A DNA stretch of 64,000 bases, from positions 239,322,001 through 239,386,000 of the forward strand of contig NC_086097.1 in the NCBI RefSeq assembly GCF_963921235.1, given 5' to 3'. The DNA is from Mobula hypostoma (Eukaryota). Below are positions 22,511-36,004 of this stretch, piece by piece (positions within the stretch are counted from its first letter, which is position 1; each line of letters opens with the position of its first letter). A program made the translations under genes and the position numbers. The notes below the pieces were generated by a model. That model was not told where the DNA came from, searched no databases, and worked only from the letters and a program-made list of their open reading frames with translations.

Positions 22511-24960
22511 TGTTATGCTAGCAACATCAAAACATAAAAAACAAATTTCAAGAAAAAGACGGAGCCCCAAGAGATGAGAGTCTTAGTTTGCCCTTTAAAC
22601 GAGGCATACACATATCATGTGGCACTGTCACGAGTCACATATTTTTACATGCAACCCATAATGAATTATTTAAATGAACAAGAATGCTTAATCAAATATA
22701 TTTACAGTATTACTCAAATATTACTGAAATATTAAATACGTAACTCTGCTTCCTGCTTAGCTACAAGAACTAACTCAATGTAGAATGCATCTCAACTACA
22801 TCCACAATATACAATATAAAACAAGAATACAACTACTGTACAGACATACACAGCATAATAATTTTTTTAAATGGTCTCATTCAGGCCCAAATATTTAACT
22901 GCTGTGGAGGCTTTCTTACTCTTGTGGGATAACATCTTTCCTGACACGGGGGATTATTTTGCTTGGCAGATGAGACTCGTGACTGTAAAACAATTTCATG
23001 TTCTGGGGTGTACCCCGTGGTGGCTGTAGGATTTGACTCTGGGAGGGCAGGAAGAGGTTCTGACAGATCTGGCCATCTTTCTTCTCTTAAAAATTGCCTC
23101 TGCTCTCCTCAACTGATTGATGTGTTGTCTCCAGATGGTATCTAAAGCAATCTCCATTGTGTAGGAGAGTGGTCCAGTTTCTGTCCTTGATCTTTCCAAA
23201 TTCTCAGTTTTGACTGCCTCTGTAGTTCCTTGTTTGTCAAGGAGTGAAACATCAAACCTCCTTGTTTGAGGAGCCCTCAGTTTGTCTCAGCTGTATGTGC
23301 TGCAAACTCCATTTGAGATTGGCTTTGAGAAGATCCAAACATGAATGCAAGGGACAACCTCGGGATTGTTTTGTTGGCTGTGGAGGGTGCTGCACTGAGA
23401 TATGCAAGGAGGAAATTTGTGAGCATCTGATTCTATGTCAGTGCAGTGTATTCTGCTGGCATTGCTCACAGTGTGTTCCCTAGATTCTGGAGAAACCTTT
23501 CCGCCAAACCATTTGCAGCTGGGTGGGATGGCGCAGACGTAAAATATGATTTTTTACCATTCATTTTCAGGAATGATTGGAACTGTTCCAAAACAAATTG
23601 TGGTCCATTGTCACTGACTAAATGTTCTGTAACACCATTCCTTGAGAAGAGGATTCTCAGCACATCAACAGTATGCAAGGCTGTAGTGGAGTCTATTGGA
23701 AATTTTTTTGGCCACTTTCTAGCAGCATTGACCACTACCAAGGAATTTAGACTCATGAATGGCCTGGCAAAATCCACATGATCCTCTGCTAGGGCAATGC
23801 AAGCCATTCGCAGGGATATAGAGGTGCTACTCATGGCACCTTCGAGACATGTTGGCATTCCGATCAGTGTTTGGGGACCTGCTTGATCTGTTGATCTTTT
23901 CCAGGCCACAGACAAAGCTTCAAGCCAAGATGACCAGCATGTAGCTCCTTCAACACTTAAGCTCTCAATTTAGATGGTACAACTCTCAATCCCCGCATAA
24001 AGCAATCTTTGTCGAGGGCAAGTTCATCCCAGTGCTGATTAAAAAAAAACAGGGCAACTGCAAAGTCTGTTGCACATTCCAGCCATTTTGCATGACCATG
24101 TAAATTAGTGTGGAGTCATTCCCGGTTTCCTTTTGAATCACCTCTGCCATAATAGGGAGAGTCTTTTGATTTGCATTAAGGAGAATACGTCACTAGGAGT
24201 GGAAGGGTTTCATCCCAAAATGTCGATTGTACTATTTTTCCCATAGATGCTGCCTAGCCTGCTGAGTTTCTCCAGCATTCTGTGTGTATTGTCCCTTCTT
24301 GTATATCTTTCAGGTATTTCCTTTTCTGTGTGTAAATGGGACAATACGTCAGTGTTTCCATGACTGAATTCAATCTTCAGTGATTGTATTGTCCATCTCT
24401 GCATTTGTGCTGCTGCTGTCAGTGGAACACCCTCACGTGGATGAGGATGGACACCAGAGGCTGATGCTCAGTAACAAGGGCAAACCCTCTCCCATCCAAG
24501 GACTGGTTAAAATGTTTTACTCCCCAAAACCAGCCTCAAGGCCATTCTGTCAACCTGTGCGTAGTTTTTTCTCAGCAGGGGTAAGGGAATGTGATGCAAA
24601 GACTATGGGACATTCACTTCCATCACTCATAACAGAGAAATAACTGCATCTATACCATAAGGTGAGGCATCGTGGGCAAATGTAACTGAATGGTGCGGAT
24701 CATTATGTGTGAGTGCAGTATCTGAGGTCACCATTTCCTGTGGCTTTTTGAAAGCTACCTTACACTGATTTGTCCATTACCTCCCCCCCCCCCAATCTGT
24801 AGTGATGAATTCGAGGGATAGGGCACCATAACCAGGCGTGGCAGGTGACGGTTGTAGTAATTGACAGATCGCACAAAGGACTGCAATTGTGACATATCCT
24901 TTGCCCTTGGGTAATTTGTGTCTGTCAGTGGTGTGGCCACAGTAAACGATGGTTGGTTTA
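22511..24960 (-). mobile_element. Degenerate Ty3/Gypsy LTR retrotransposon 3' part (LTR about 22511-22744, integrase, RNase H/RT connection)
   Basis: ORF 23466 (-): HVDFARPF..LVSDNGPQF..SAPSHPAANGLAERF (rve integrase); ORF 24755 includes SQLQSFVRSVNYYNR; LTR starts tgtta and is followed by a purine tract on -. Confidence 0.85.
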
Positions 24961-25279
24961 AAACGTTGTATGCCTTCAGGCTCCTGTACCTCCTCCCTGA
25001 TGGTGAGATGAGGAATGTCCTGGGTGGTGGGGGTCCATAACAATGGGTACTACCTTTCTGAGGCATCACTGTTTGAAGATGTTCTGGATGCTGGGGAGGC
25101 TGGTACCCATGATGGAGCTGGCTGAGTTTCACCCCTCTGCAGCTTTTTCCGATCCTGTGAAGAGGAGCCTTCATATCAGGTGATGATGCAACCAGTTAGA
25201 ATGCTCTCCACAGTGCACAGCAGACCCAATGGGCCAAATAGCCTAATTATGCTCCTATGTCTTATCATATATAGTGAAG

Positions 25280-25589
25280 TAAAGGCATCCGTTAGTCTTG
25301 CGAGAACATGGATTTGCGCCTGAAAAGTCTTCACTCTCCAGGGCGCAGGCCTGGGCGAGGTTGTATGGAAGACCAGCAATTGCCCATGCTGCAAGTCTCA
25401 ACTCCCCACGACACCGATGTTGTCCAAGGGAAGGGCATTAGGACCCATACAGCTTGGCACCGGTGTCGGCACAGAGCAATGTGCGATTAAGTGCCTTGCT
25501 CAAGGACACAACACGTTGCCTCGGCTGGGACTCGAACTCACGACCCTCAGGTCACTAGTCCAATGCCTTAACCACTTGGCTACGTGCCC
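25280..25589 (-). mobile_element. Full-length tRNA-derived SINE
   Basis: Minus strand gggcacgTAGCCAAGTGGttaagg..GTTCGAGTCCc (A and B boxes), then gtgtccttgagcaaggcacttaa and a hairpin-forming tail. Confidence 0.8.
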
Positions 25590-25873
25590 ACATCTAAATG
25601 ACATTTCTCTATTCTGAGGTTGTGTAATATTTTGGCGTAACGGGCAAAAGAAGCAGCAGCTTGTGATGGTGATGGAATTTGCAGCTCCTCAGGTGTACCA
25701 TTGAGACAAATGGAATCTGAATTTACAGGAAAGGTTAAGGTATGCTAGAATTGGAAGGCATGGCTGAAGTGAGAAGTGACTTGGTAGAAATGTACAAGAT
25801 CATTACGCATCGATTGTGTGGATAACCAGACACACCTTCTCAGGATGGAAGTGGCAAATACCAGCGGGCATAG

Positions 25874-26140
25874 TAAGGCATCTGTTAGTCTTGCGAGACC
25901 ATGGATCTGTGCCTGGAAAGTCTTCGCTCTCCAGGGCGCAGGCCTGGGCAAGGTTGTATGGAAGGCCAGCAGTTGCCCATGCTGCAAGTCTCCCCTCTCC
26001 ACAACACCAATGTTGTCCAAGGGAAGGGCATTAGGACCCATACAGCTTGGCACCAGTGTCGTCGCAGAGCACTGTGTGATTAAGTGCCTTGCTCAAAGAC
26101 ACAACACTCTGCCTCAGCTGGGGCTCGAACTCATGACCTT
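25874..26140 (-). mobile_element. Second, 5'-truncated copy of the same SINE
   Basis: Direct repeat of 25280-25550 that lacks the A box. Confidence 0.8.
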
Positions 26141-26924
26141 CTATATGATCTATAGTAATTTGCTATCTTCAGAGACATACTAGTTCTTGTCAAGCTCTTG
26201 ATAAAGTAGGGTTAAGAATGACTTCCTTCCAATCTAATTTGGTGAGCATTGAGTTATCTTAGAAAGCATATTTGGGATCTGCTAACTCTGATAAAAATGA
26301 GGCATCAGGTACTTAATGGTAGGCAGTATGTGAGAAGGCATATTTATAGTACCTCAGCTGTATTCCTGTATGCCCCTGTCAAAGAGGCTCAGAATTCCCA
26401 CAGCAGTTCTGGATGCTCCCTTTCCACTTTGAGCCGCCAAAGATCAGATGTTTCCATGAGCCATTGGGGTTGATGCACTTTTTCCATGGAAACTTTGAGA
26501 AAATGAAGACACAAGTGATTGTTTATGCTGGAATCTGGAAAAAAAGGGGAAAAAAGACGAGCTGCTAAAAGAGCTTAGTTGGTCAGACATATCTTTAGAT
26601 GGAAGTGGACAGTCATATTTTGGGTTGTGTCTCTGCATTGTTAGAGGAGAGATGGTCAATATAATGTGAGGCGGAAGGGTGGGGCAAGAACGGGCAAGTG
26701 ATTGGTAGATCCAGGTCAGGAGGGAAGGGCAAAGTCACAGTAAATTTATTATCATATACGTATATGTCACCATATACAACCCTGAGATTCATTTTCTGGC
26801 AAATGCCTGCAAGGAAATTAAAGTACAATAGAATATATGAAAAAACTGTACATATGGTCTGACAAACACCCAATTTGCAAAGACGACAAATTGTGCATGA
26901 ATAACTAGATCAATAAATATATTT

Positions 26925-27220
26925 CTGTGCAAAAGTCTTAGGCACTGCTGCCACAAAATATAAAACAAATTTCATGAGATGCATGAGTGATGATAAATCT
27001 GATTCTGATATGAATCTCTTGTAAACTGAAAGGGGTAAGGGGTAGATTGAGGGGGATCATCGTTGGGAAATAGCAAAGGGAAAGGGGATGAAGCAGGAAG
27101 CACCAGAGAGACATTTTGTAATGACAAATAAACCTATTTTTAGTAATCAAATGAGTTTTTTCTGGCATCACAGGGCTGGATTTGTTTGTACCCATGTTAA
27201 CCATTGCCTCTGGCACTCCT
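26925..27220 (-). mobile_element. Partial copy of the Tc1-TIR composite repeat seen at 51720-52341
   Basis: ctgtgcaaaagtcttagg TIR-like end plus the reverse complement of about 51810-52255. Confidence 0.6.
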
Positions 27221-27221
27221 C

Positions 27222-27379
27222 CTCTTTAGTGAGGGACTCACATATGACCTGGTGGCATAATGACGTATGCCATTCCTATACTTCTTACACATAACCCATA
27301 ATGAATTATGTAAACAAACAATGTTTAATCAAATATATTTATGACATTACTCAAATATTACTAAGATATTGAATACACA
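27222..27379. repeat. Partial LTR of the same Gypsy family as 22511-22744
   Basis: aacccataatgaattat..ttaatcaaatatattta..ttactcaaatattact..aataca aligns in direct orientation with about 22595-22742. Confidence 0.7.
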
Positions 27380-28381
27380 TGACCAATTTGCCTACTAACC
27401 TGAATGTCTTTGGAATGTGGGAGGAAACCGGTTCACTTTCTCGGGTTTCCAACCTTCATTTAATGCCATGGGTCTATACCAATAACCGAAGGATCTGTAG
27501 ACCCCAGGGTGGGACCCCGCTGATGTAGAGGAAACCCACCCACGCAGCCATGGGGAGAACAAATAACACTCCTTACAGACAGAGGCAGAATCAAACCCAG
27601 GAAAACAGAAAATGCTGGACACTCAGCAGGTTAGAAGGTGTGAGATCGGAAGATGAATGTTGATTTGTACTCACATTATCAGTTTCACTCTGCTGGTAAA
27701 ATTTTCTTTATTTAGTGTAATAAATTTTTAGTTTGTGAATTTTACACTTTCAAACTCTAGCCTAAATATGAAGTTCACAATGAATATAAAATAAATGGAA
27801 ACAATCGGTTTTCAGGTTGTTATCCTGACTGGATTCTGTTTTCCAATTCACTTTGATAGAAGGGAAGAACAGTCAGGGCTACAATGGACAACAGAACCAT
27901 TATTGTTTATCTTCTGCCTAAGACAACATTAGTTTATGCCCATGAGTTTAAATAGAATTCTGATATTGTACAGTTAGAGCATAGCTTGCATGCAGTTTCA
28001 GCTCTGGTAAATTATTCTGGAATAGCATAATAGTACGACCCTTTCCCACACCATTAGAAGCTGAAATCTTCTCACTGCATATTCACTTATCCATGATTTT
28101 CCAGCCACTGAAGAGAATAGACTGAAAATCATAACCTCATGAATGAAGAAGCAGAAAACATCTGACAGGATTATTTTGCCAGATTATATAACCAATGCAA
28201 ACACTGGTGCCTCATTAGTTGGACAGCACCAGCTGGTCTGTGTAAAAACAGACTAATACTGACACACAACATAAATTGGGCCCAGGTGAATCTTCCAGGG
28301 CTTTCTAACCGTTCTTAGTTCATAAAACAGTGCATCCTAGTTCACATTGTTCTTTTTAAAAGACCCATGCTCCTTTACACA

Positions 28382-29788
28382 TACACTCCATGGTAACTTT
28401 ATCAGGCACCCCCTGTATCTAATAAAGTGCTCAATGAGTGTATGTTCATGGCCTTCTGCTGCTGTAGCCCAACCTCTTCAAGGTTCAACATGTGTATTCA
28501 GAAATGCTCTTTTGCACACCACTGTTGTAATGCATAATGTTGTAACTTAATGTGTCACCTTCCTGTCATTTTCACAAGACAAAGGAGCAGAAGTAGGCCA
28601 TTCGGCCCATCGAGTCTGCTCCATCACTCCACTATGAGCTAAACTATTTTCCCTGCTAGTTCCAATTTCCAGCTTTTTCCCCATATCCCTTGATACCCTG
28701 ACTAATTAGATACTATCAATCTCCTCCTTAAACACCTTCAATGATCGGGCCCCCACAGCTGTACGTGGAAACGAATTCCATAGGTCCACGACCCTCTGGC
28801 TAAAAAAAATTTCTCCTCATCTCTGTTTTAAATGGGTACCCTCTAATTCTAAGACTGTGGCCTCTTGTCCTGGACTCACCCACCAAGGGAAATAGCCTTT
28901 CCACATCTACTCTTTCCAATCTTTTCAACATTCCAAATGTTTCTATGAGATTCCCTCTCATTCTTCTATACTTTAATGAGTACAGTCCAAGAGCCAACAA
29001 ACGCTCCTCATATGTTAGCCCCGGCATTCCAGGAATCATCCTCGTAAATCTTCTCTGAACCCTCTCCAACATCATTACATCTCTTCTAAGATAGGGGGCC
29101 CAAAACTGCACACAGTATTCCAAATGAGGTCTCACCAGTGCCCCATAGAGCCTCATCAACACCTCCTTACTCTTATACACTATTCCTCTTGAAATAAATG
29201 CCAACATAGCATTCGCTTTCCTTATTGCCGATCCAACCTGGTGGTTAACCTTGAGGGTATCTTGCATGAGGACCTCCAAGTCCCTTTGCACTTCCGATTT
29301 TTGAATTCTCTCCCCATCTAAATAATAATCTGCCTGATTATTTCTTCTTCCAAAATGTACAACCGTACGTTTCTCAACATTGTATCTTATCTGCCATTTC
29401 TTTGCCCATTTTGAACCAGTTGGGCCCCTTTCCTGTGACCACTCTCATTAGCAAGGCTTTGTCACCTCAGCACTGCCACTCTCTGGTTGTTTTATTTGTC
29501 TGTACCTTTCTCTGTAGACATAGACTAGAGATTATGTGTGAAAATCTTAGGAGATCAGCATTTTCTGAGATCTCCAAACCACACATATGGCACCAACAAT
29601 CATTCCACTTTCAAAGTACTTAGATCACATTTCTTCACCATTCTGTTGTTTGGTTTGAACAACAACTGAACCTCTTGACCATGTCTGAATGCTTTTATGC
29701 ATTCATTTGCTGCCACACGATTGACTGATTAGATATCTCCATAAACGAGCAGGTGTACAGATATACCTAATAAAGTAGATACTCAGTG
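28382..29788 (-). mobile_element. Tc1-derived non-autonomous DNA transposon (N-terminal transposase remnant) interrupted by CR1
   Basis: TIR-like cctaataaagt..actcagtg at the right end; minus strand encodes GMIVGAR..ISENADL-like HTH remnants; 61-bp palindrome at the left end. Confidence 0.7.
28573..29406 (-). mobile_element. CR1 3' end inserted in the Tc1 derivative
   Basis: ORF 28800 ([15 protein letters not shown]); 6-bp TSD catttt (28567-72 / 29407-12). Confidence 0.9.
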
Positions 29789-31435
29789 CTTGTGCAAAAA
29801 GAATGTTTTCACACACACATCTGCTACAACCTTTTTCATCCACAATGGATGGTGTTTCCAGGTATTTTTGTGTTTGCAGCCTGGAACTGTAAAGAGAATT
29901 GTGTTATTGGACAAATGTTTCAAATTTTCATTGTTGGCCCAGAGCTCTGTTAGCCGGAAGTAGATATAAAATTAACACCCCCAGCACTGACATTTCAACT
30001 CAATAGACTTGGATTTATTCCAGTCTTGACCAATTGGCTGAACATCTTTCACACTCCCTCCTGAAGCTTGATCGGACAATTTCTAGTGATCACAAACCTG
30101 TCACAAAAAAATAGTTAGATCATCAGGACTAACTTGACAGCTGATAAGAATATACATACTCTGTGGTGTTCAGAAAATCCTTGGGGAATCTATAAATGGA
30201 CAGTGGATTGCATAGGTTTATGCAGAGACTGATTCAATAATGAGTTCTTACAGCACCGTATGTTACTCTGGATTTCCAGTATCTGCAGACTATCCTATGT
30301 CCAGTGATGGAGTGTTCAGTTTTCCAAAACTGTCATCTGTCAACTTGATGAACAGAAAGCTGACACGACAAAAAAAATTAATGCTTCAGGAAATTAATTC
30401 CATGATAAATTATATTCCAACTTTTGCAGTTGATCTCATCAGCAGAAGCAGAAGCGATTGGACCTATTGATAATAAAGAAATATTTATTTGCAAATGACC
30501 AGAGAGTCTTCTTCATCTCAAAAAGTTCCTCCATCATAAACCAATTATTATTTAAATCTATGCCTATTAGATTAGAGCCATTTGTATTACTTCAAATAAA
30601 GCACCAGTTGTTGCTTGTAACTGAATGATTTTTAAACTGTACTTAGATTGCTTCTTGAAGTCTGCTGTGCAAAAGGCTTTTGTATGCTTTCATTATCATA
30701 ATGCACTTGTATTTCACTTGGTGCTCAGGATATGTTCCTACAAATGAAAATGCTAATGGCATCAACGCTGAAAAGGTTCATTATGGCACTTTATATATAG
30801 AGAGAGATGTATTTGTGACAGCACTGCTGTGCTGCGAATTTGAGATCCAGCAAAAAGCAATTCACAACCCGGTGTGAATAAGGTTTGTATGAGGGTGGGG
30901 TTTAGTGGCATTGAGCGGTGCGTGGGGAGTTTGTGCAAATGTCCCCATCTGCTCTCTGTTTTGACAAGCCACCCAGAACCTACAGTTATTTTCTGTACTG
31001 TAAGGGGTTCATCTTTGTGTCTGTCGAATATCTTCATGACCTTTTAGTATATGCGAGTAGCTACAGAAGCTTTGATTACAACCATGGAAATGCTCCTGTG
31101 AGAGCATGGAAGGCATGTGAACATAGGGGTGGGACTCGTAAAGAATGGTGACAAGTGATGATTGAGCTGGTGCATATCAGTGGAATGGGCATGAAAGTAG
31201 AATGGTTGGGGGATATGTAGTCTTCCAGACCGAATCGACAGGCTGGTTGTGAATGGTGCTAGGTTTGACCAGGAGGTGTACTGCAGTGAGAGTGTCCAGC
31301 GCACATCTAAGAATTATCGTCGTTAATGTGCCATGTCATCTGATGTGTGCAATCATGATCTTTCTGTAACCGTGATTGTTCTTGGCAATTTAAAAAAAAA
31401 TATATATACAGAGGTGGTTTGCCATTGCCTTCTCG

Positions 31436-31780
31436 CGAACAAGAGAAGATCTGCAGATGCTGGAAATGCACGCAACACACACGCACACAGAATGCTGGAG
31501 GAACTCAGCAGGCCAGGCAGCAGCTATGGGAAGGAGTGCAGTCAATGTTTCAGGCTGCAACTCTTCAGCCGGACTGGAAAAAACGGGATGAGGAGTCAGA
31601 GTTAGAAGGTGGGAGGAGGGGAGGGAGAACCACAAGGTGATAGGCTAACTGTACTCTCCTGTTAGATTCCTCCTTCTCCAGCCCTGTATCTCTTTTACCA
31701 AACAACTTTCCAACTCTTTATTTTACCCCTCCCAGTTTCACCAATCACCTTGTGGTTCTCCTTCCCCTCCCACCTTGTTA
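31436..31780. mobile_element. Penelope pLTR remnant with inverted halves
   Basis: 31436-31645 is minus-strand pLTR (ctgcagatgctggaaat..gaatgctggaggaactcagcagg); 31650-31780 is plus-strand pyrimidine-rich pLTR body. Confidence 0.6.
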
Positions 31781-32513
31781 ATGTTATACCTTATTTTAGC
31801 TCAGTGCACTGTGTAATGATTTGTTCTGTATTAAAAACATGCAAGACAAGTTTTTCACTGCATTTTGGTACATGTCACAGTAATAAACCAAAACCAATGG
31901 ATAGCCCACTCCTTCTCAAGCAGCCTGCCTATTCTGAACAGTGGGCAAATCGTGCTAGAGGGCAGTAATGCGTTCTTGGTTCATAGGACCACAATGCACA
32001 GCCTATGCTGTTATCCTTTATAATGCACTGGGGGATATATACTGTGAACTGGAAGACCAAGAGGACCAAAGCAATCTCATGCTCTGCTGAGCTGCACTCA
32101 GTGGGACACCAGTAGGGAAAGTTTGCTCCATCCATCATTTAAAGTTATTAAGTTCTGGGCATGCTATGTTGGTGCTGGAAGCACTGCGACTATTGTGGGC
32201 TGCTTTCAGCACAATCCTCAGGTTCTGCTGTTTTTCCTTTATTAAAACACCTGTAGGTGAGTGTGTCACTACAAAATGGTTCAGGGTTTACCTCAATCAG
32301 AAGTCCTGGATGAACCACAAAATCTGGAATTTGCTGAGCCAGATCAGAGGCAATCAAGTCATGAGATTAAGAATGCCACAAGAGGTGCAAGATATGATCT
32401 CCAGAAAGTCATCTTACAGATGAAGTGGAGATTCCAGAATAGACTGGTAACAACAAGGGATGCAGCAGGATTTGAATGCCACTACCTCCTACAAAGTTAA
32501 ATCTAGTGACAGA

Positions 32514-34755
32514 AAAACATAGAAAACCCTACAGCACAATACAGGCTCTTCAGCCCACAAAGCTGTGCCAAGCTCGTCCTTACCTTAGAAATTACCTAGG
32601 GTTCCCCATAGCCCTCTATTTTTCTAAGCTCCATGTACCTGTCCAGGAGTCTCTTAAAAGATTCTATCATATATGCCTCCACCACTGTTGCCGGCAGCCA
32701 ATTCCACGCACTCACCACTCTCTGCGTAAAAAACTTATCCTGACATCTCTTCTGTACCTACTTCCAAGCACCTTAAAACTGTGCCCCCTCGTACTAGCCA
32801 TTTCAGCCCTGGGAAAAAGTCTCTGACTATCCACATGATCAATGCCTCTCATCATCTTATACACTTCTATCAGGTCACCTCTCATCCTCCGTCGCTCCAA
32901 GGAGAAAAGGCAGAGTTCACTCAACCTATTCTCATAAGACATGCTCCCCAATCCAGGCAACATCCTTGTAAATCTCCTCTGCACCCTTTCTATGTTTTCC
33001 ACATCCTTCCTGTAGTGAGGTGACCAGAACTGAGCACAGTACTCCAAGTGGGGTCTGACCAGGGTCCTATATAGCTGCAACATTACCTCACAGCTCCTAA
33101 ATTCAATCCCACGATTGATGAAGGCCAATACACCGTATTCCTTCTTAACCACAGAGTCAACCTGCGCAGCTGCTTTGAGTGTCCTATGGACTCGGACCCC
33201 AAGATCCCCCTGATCCTCCACACTGCCAAGAGTCTTACCATTAATACTATATTGTGCCATTGTATTTGACCTACCAAAATGAACCACTTCACACTTAACT
33301 GGGTTGAACTCCATCTGCCACTTCTCAGCCCAGTTTTGCATCCTATCAATGTCTCGCTGTAACCTCTGACAGCCCTCCACACTGTCCACAACACCCCCAA
33401 CCTTTGTGTCATCAGTAAATTTACTAACTCATCTCTCCAGTTCCTCATCCAGGTCATTTATAAAAATCAGGAAGAGTAGGGGGTCCCAAAACAGATCTCT
33501 GAGGCACACCACTAGTCACCGGCCTCCATGCAGAATATGACCCGTCTACAACCACACTTTGCCTTCTGTGGACAAGCCAGTTCTGGATCCACAAAGCAAT
33601 GTCCCCTCAGATTCCATGCCTCCTTACTTTCTTAATAAGCCTTGCATGGGTTACCTTATCAAATGCCTTGCTAAAATCCATATACACTACATCTATGGCT
33701 CTATCTTCATCAATGTGTTCAGTCACATTCTCAAAAAATTTAATCAAGCTCGTAAGGCATGACCTGCCTTTGACAAAGCTATGCTGACTATTCCTAATCA
33801 TATTATGCCTCTTCAAATGTTCATAAATTCTGTCTCTCAGGATCTTCTCCATCAACTTACCAACCACTGAAGTAAGGCTCACTGGTCTATAATTTCATGG
33901 GCTATCCCTACTGCCTTTCTTGAATAAGGGAACAACATCCGCAACCCTCCAATCCTCTGGAACCTCTCCTGTCCTCATTGATGATGCCAAGATCATTGCC
34001 AGAGGCTCAGCAATCTCCTCCATCACTTCCCACAGTCGCCTGGGGTACATCCCGTCTGGTCCCAGTGACTTATCCAACTTGATGTTTTCCAAAAGCCTCA
34101 GCACATCATCTTCCTTAATATCTACATGCTCATGCTTTTCAGTCCGCTGGAAGTCATCCCTACAATTGCCAATATCCTTTTCCGTAGTGAATACTGAAGC
34201 AATGTATTCATTAAGTACCTCTGCTATCTCTCCGGTTCCATACAGACTTTTCCACTGTAACACTTGATTGGTCCTATTCTCTCACATCTTATCCTCTTGC
34301 TCTTCACGTACTTGTAGAATGCCTTGGGGTTTTCCTTAATCCTGTCCGCCAAGGCTTTCTCATAGCCCCTTCTGGCTCTCCTAATTTCATTCTTAAGCTC
34401 CTTCCTGCTAATCTTATAACTAGGTCTCTATCATTACCTAGTTTTTTGAACCTTTTGTAAGTTCTTCTTTTCTTCTTGACTAGATTTACAACGATCTTTG
34501 TACACCACAGTTCTTGTACTCTACCATCCTTTTCCTGTCTCATTGGAATGTATCTACTCAGAATCCCATGCAAGTATCCCTTGAACATTTTGCCACATTT
34601 CTTCTGTACTTTTCCTGAAGAACATCTGTTTCCAACTTATGCTTCCAAGTTTCTACCTGATAGCCTCATATTTCCCCTTACTCCAATTAAACGTTTCCCT
34701 AACTTGTCTATTCCTATCCCTCCCCAATGCTACGGTAAAGGAGATAGAATTGCTA
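32514..34755 (-). mobile_element. CR1 LINE ORF2 (frameshifted)
   Basis: ORFs 34304, 33895, 33607 and 32712: [37 protein letters not shown]; catagaaa tail. Confidence 0.93.
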
Positions 34756-34884
34756 TAATAAATTTTACTTTGAACTTCTTGTCACAAAACTAGGTATTTC
34801 CCTGTATGTTTTGATGTACATGTGGCAAATAAAGCTAATAAGTCTAACTCTAAAGCTAATCTTCCACTTTATGCAGGTGCAAGA

Positions 34885-35425
34885 TTTTATGATGAGGCCA
34901 GTCACAAGTTGGAGCAGCAACACCACATATTCCACCTGGGTAGCCTTCAATCTGAATAACAATTTCTCCAATCTACGATAGTTTCTCCCACCTCTCCCCT
35001 TCTTTCTTTTTCCATTCTGGTTTTCCTCTCATCCTTTCTTCTCCTCACCTGCCCATCACATGCTTGCAGTGCCCATCCTTCCCTTTGTTCCATGGTCCAC
35101 TGTCCTCTATTTAATTCCTTCCTCAGCTGCCTTCGTTTGTACCTCTCCCCTCCCAGCTTCTTCCTTCAACCCCCTTCCCCCACCCACCTATCTTTCTCCT
35201 TACCTGGTTTCACTTATCACCTGCCAGATTGTACTCTGTCCCCATTCCTCCCTTCCCTACCTTCTTAATCTGGCTTCTGCCCCCTTCCTTTCCAGCTCTG
35301 ATGAAGGATCTCGGCCTAAACCGCCGATTATTTATTCCCTTCCATAGATGCAGCCTGACCTGCAGAGTTCCTCCAGCATTTTGTGTGTGTTGCTCAAGAT
35401 TTCCAGCATCTGCAGAATCTCTTGT
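34885..35425 (+). mobile_element. Penelope-like element ORF end plus pseudo-LTR with decayed hammerhead
   Basis: Encodes DEASHKLEQQHHIFHLGSLQ (PLE C-terminus-like); pyrimidine tract; ctgatgaaggatctcggcctaaa at about 35298-35320; ends tccagcatctgcagaatctcttgt. Confidence 0.7.
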
Positions 35426-36004
35426 ACAGATCAAGCAACTATTTCACTTACAGTATGCAGACAGAGGCACAACACCACAGGATGTTTCCTAGGGTGGGAG
35501 AGTCTGATACCAGAGGACACAGCCTCAGAATAGAAGGGCAACTTTTTAAAGGACAGAGTGGTGAATCTTTGGGATTTGTTGCCTCAGGCAGCTGTGGAGG
35601 CCAAGTCGTTGGACAAATTTAACGTAGAGGTTGATAGGTTATTGATTAGTCTAGGCATAAAGAGATATGGGGGGAAGACAGGAAATTGGGGCAGCAAGGG
35701 AAAATGGATCAGACATTATGAAATGGTGGAGCAAATGGCCTAATTCCGCACCTATATCTATGATCTACAAAATAATGGGGAAAAGGTTTAGGCATCACCT
35801 TTTGAACTCCTGAATTTTCAGCTCTTTATGAGTCGAACGTCTATTAGCAATGTTGATGAAGGGCCTCGGGCTGAGTCCTCTCCATAGATGTCTCAAGCCC
35901 TGCTGAGTCTCTCCAGCATTTCTGTGTCTATTGCAACTAGTTGTAATCACACTTTATGATTAAAGAACATGACTATATTACAGGTTCAATTAGTAACATA
36001 TTAA

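Noticed and set aside
23466..23915. Endogenous retrovirus or domesticated integrase
   Set aside because: Frameshifted and decayed, with no env; the motifs fit a Gypsy retrotransposon.
25515..25589. tRNA gene
   Set aside because: The A and B boxes run straight into a repeated SINE body, so this is a SINE head.
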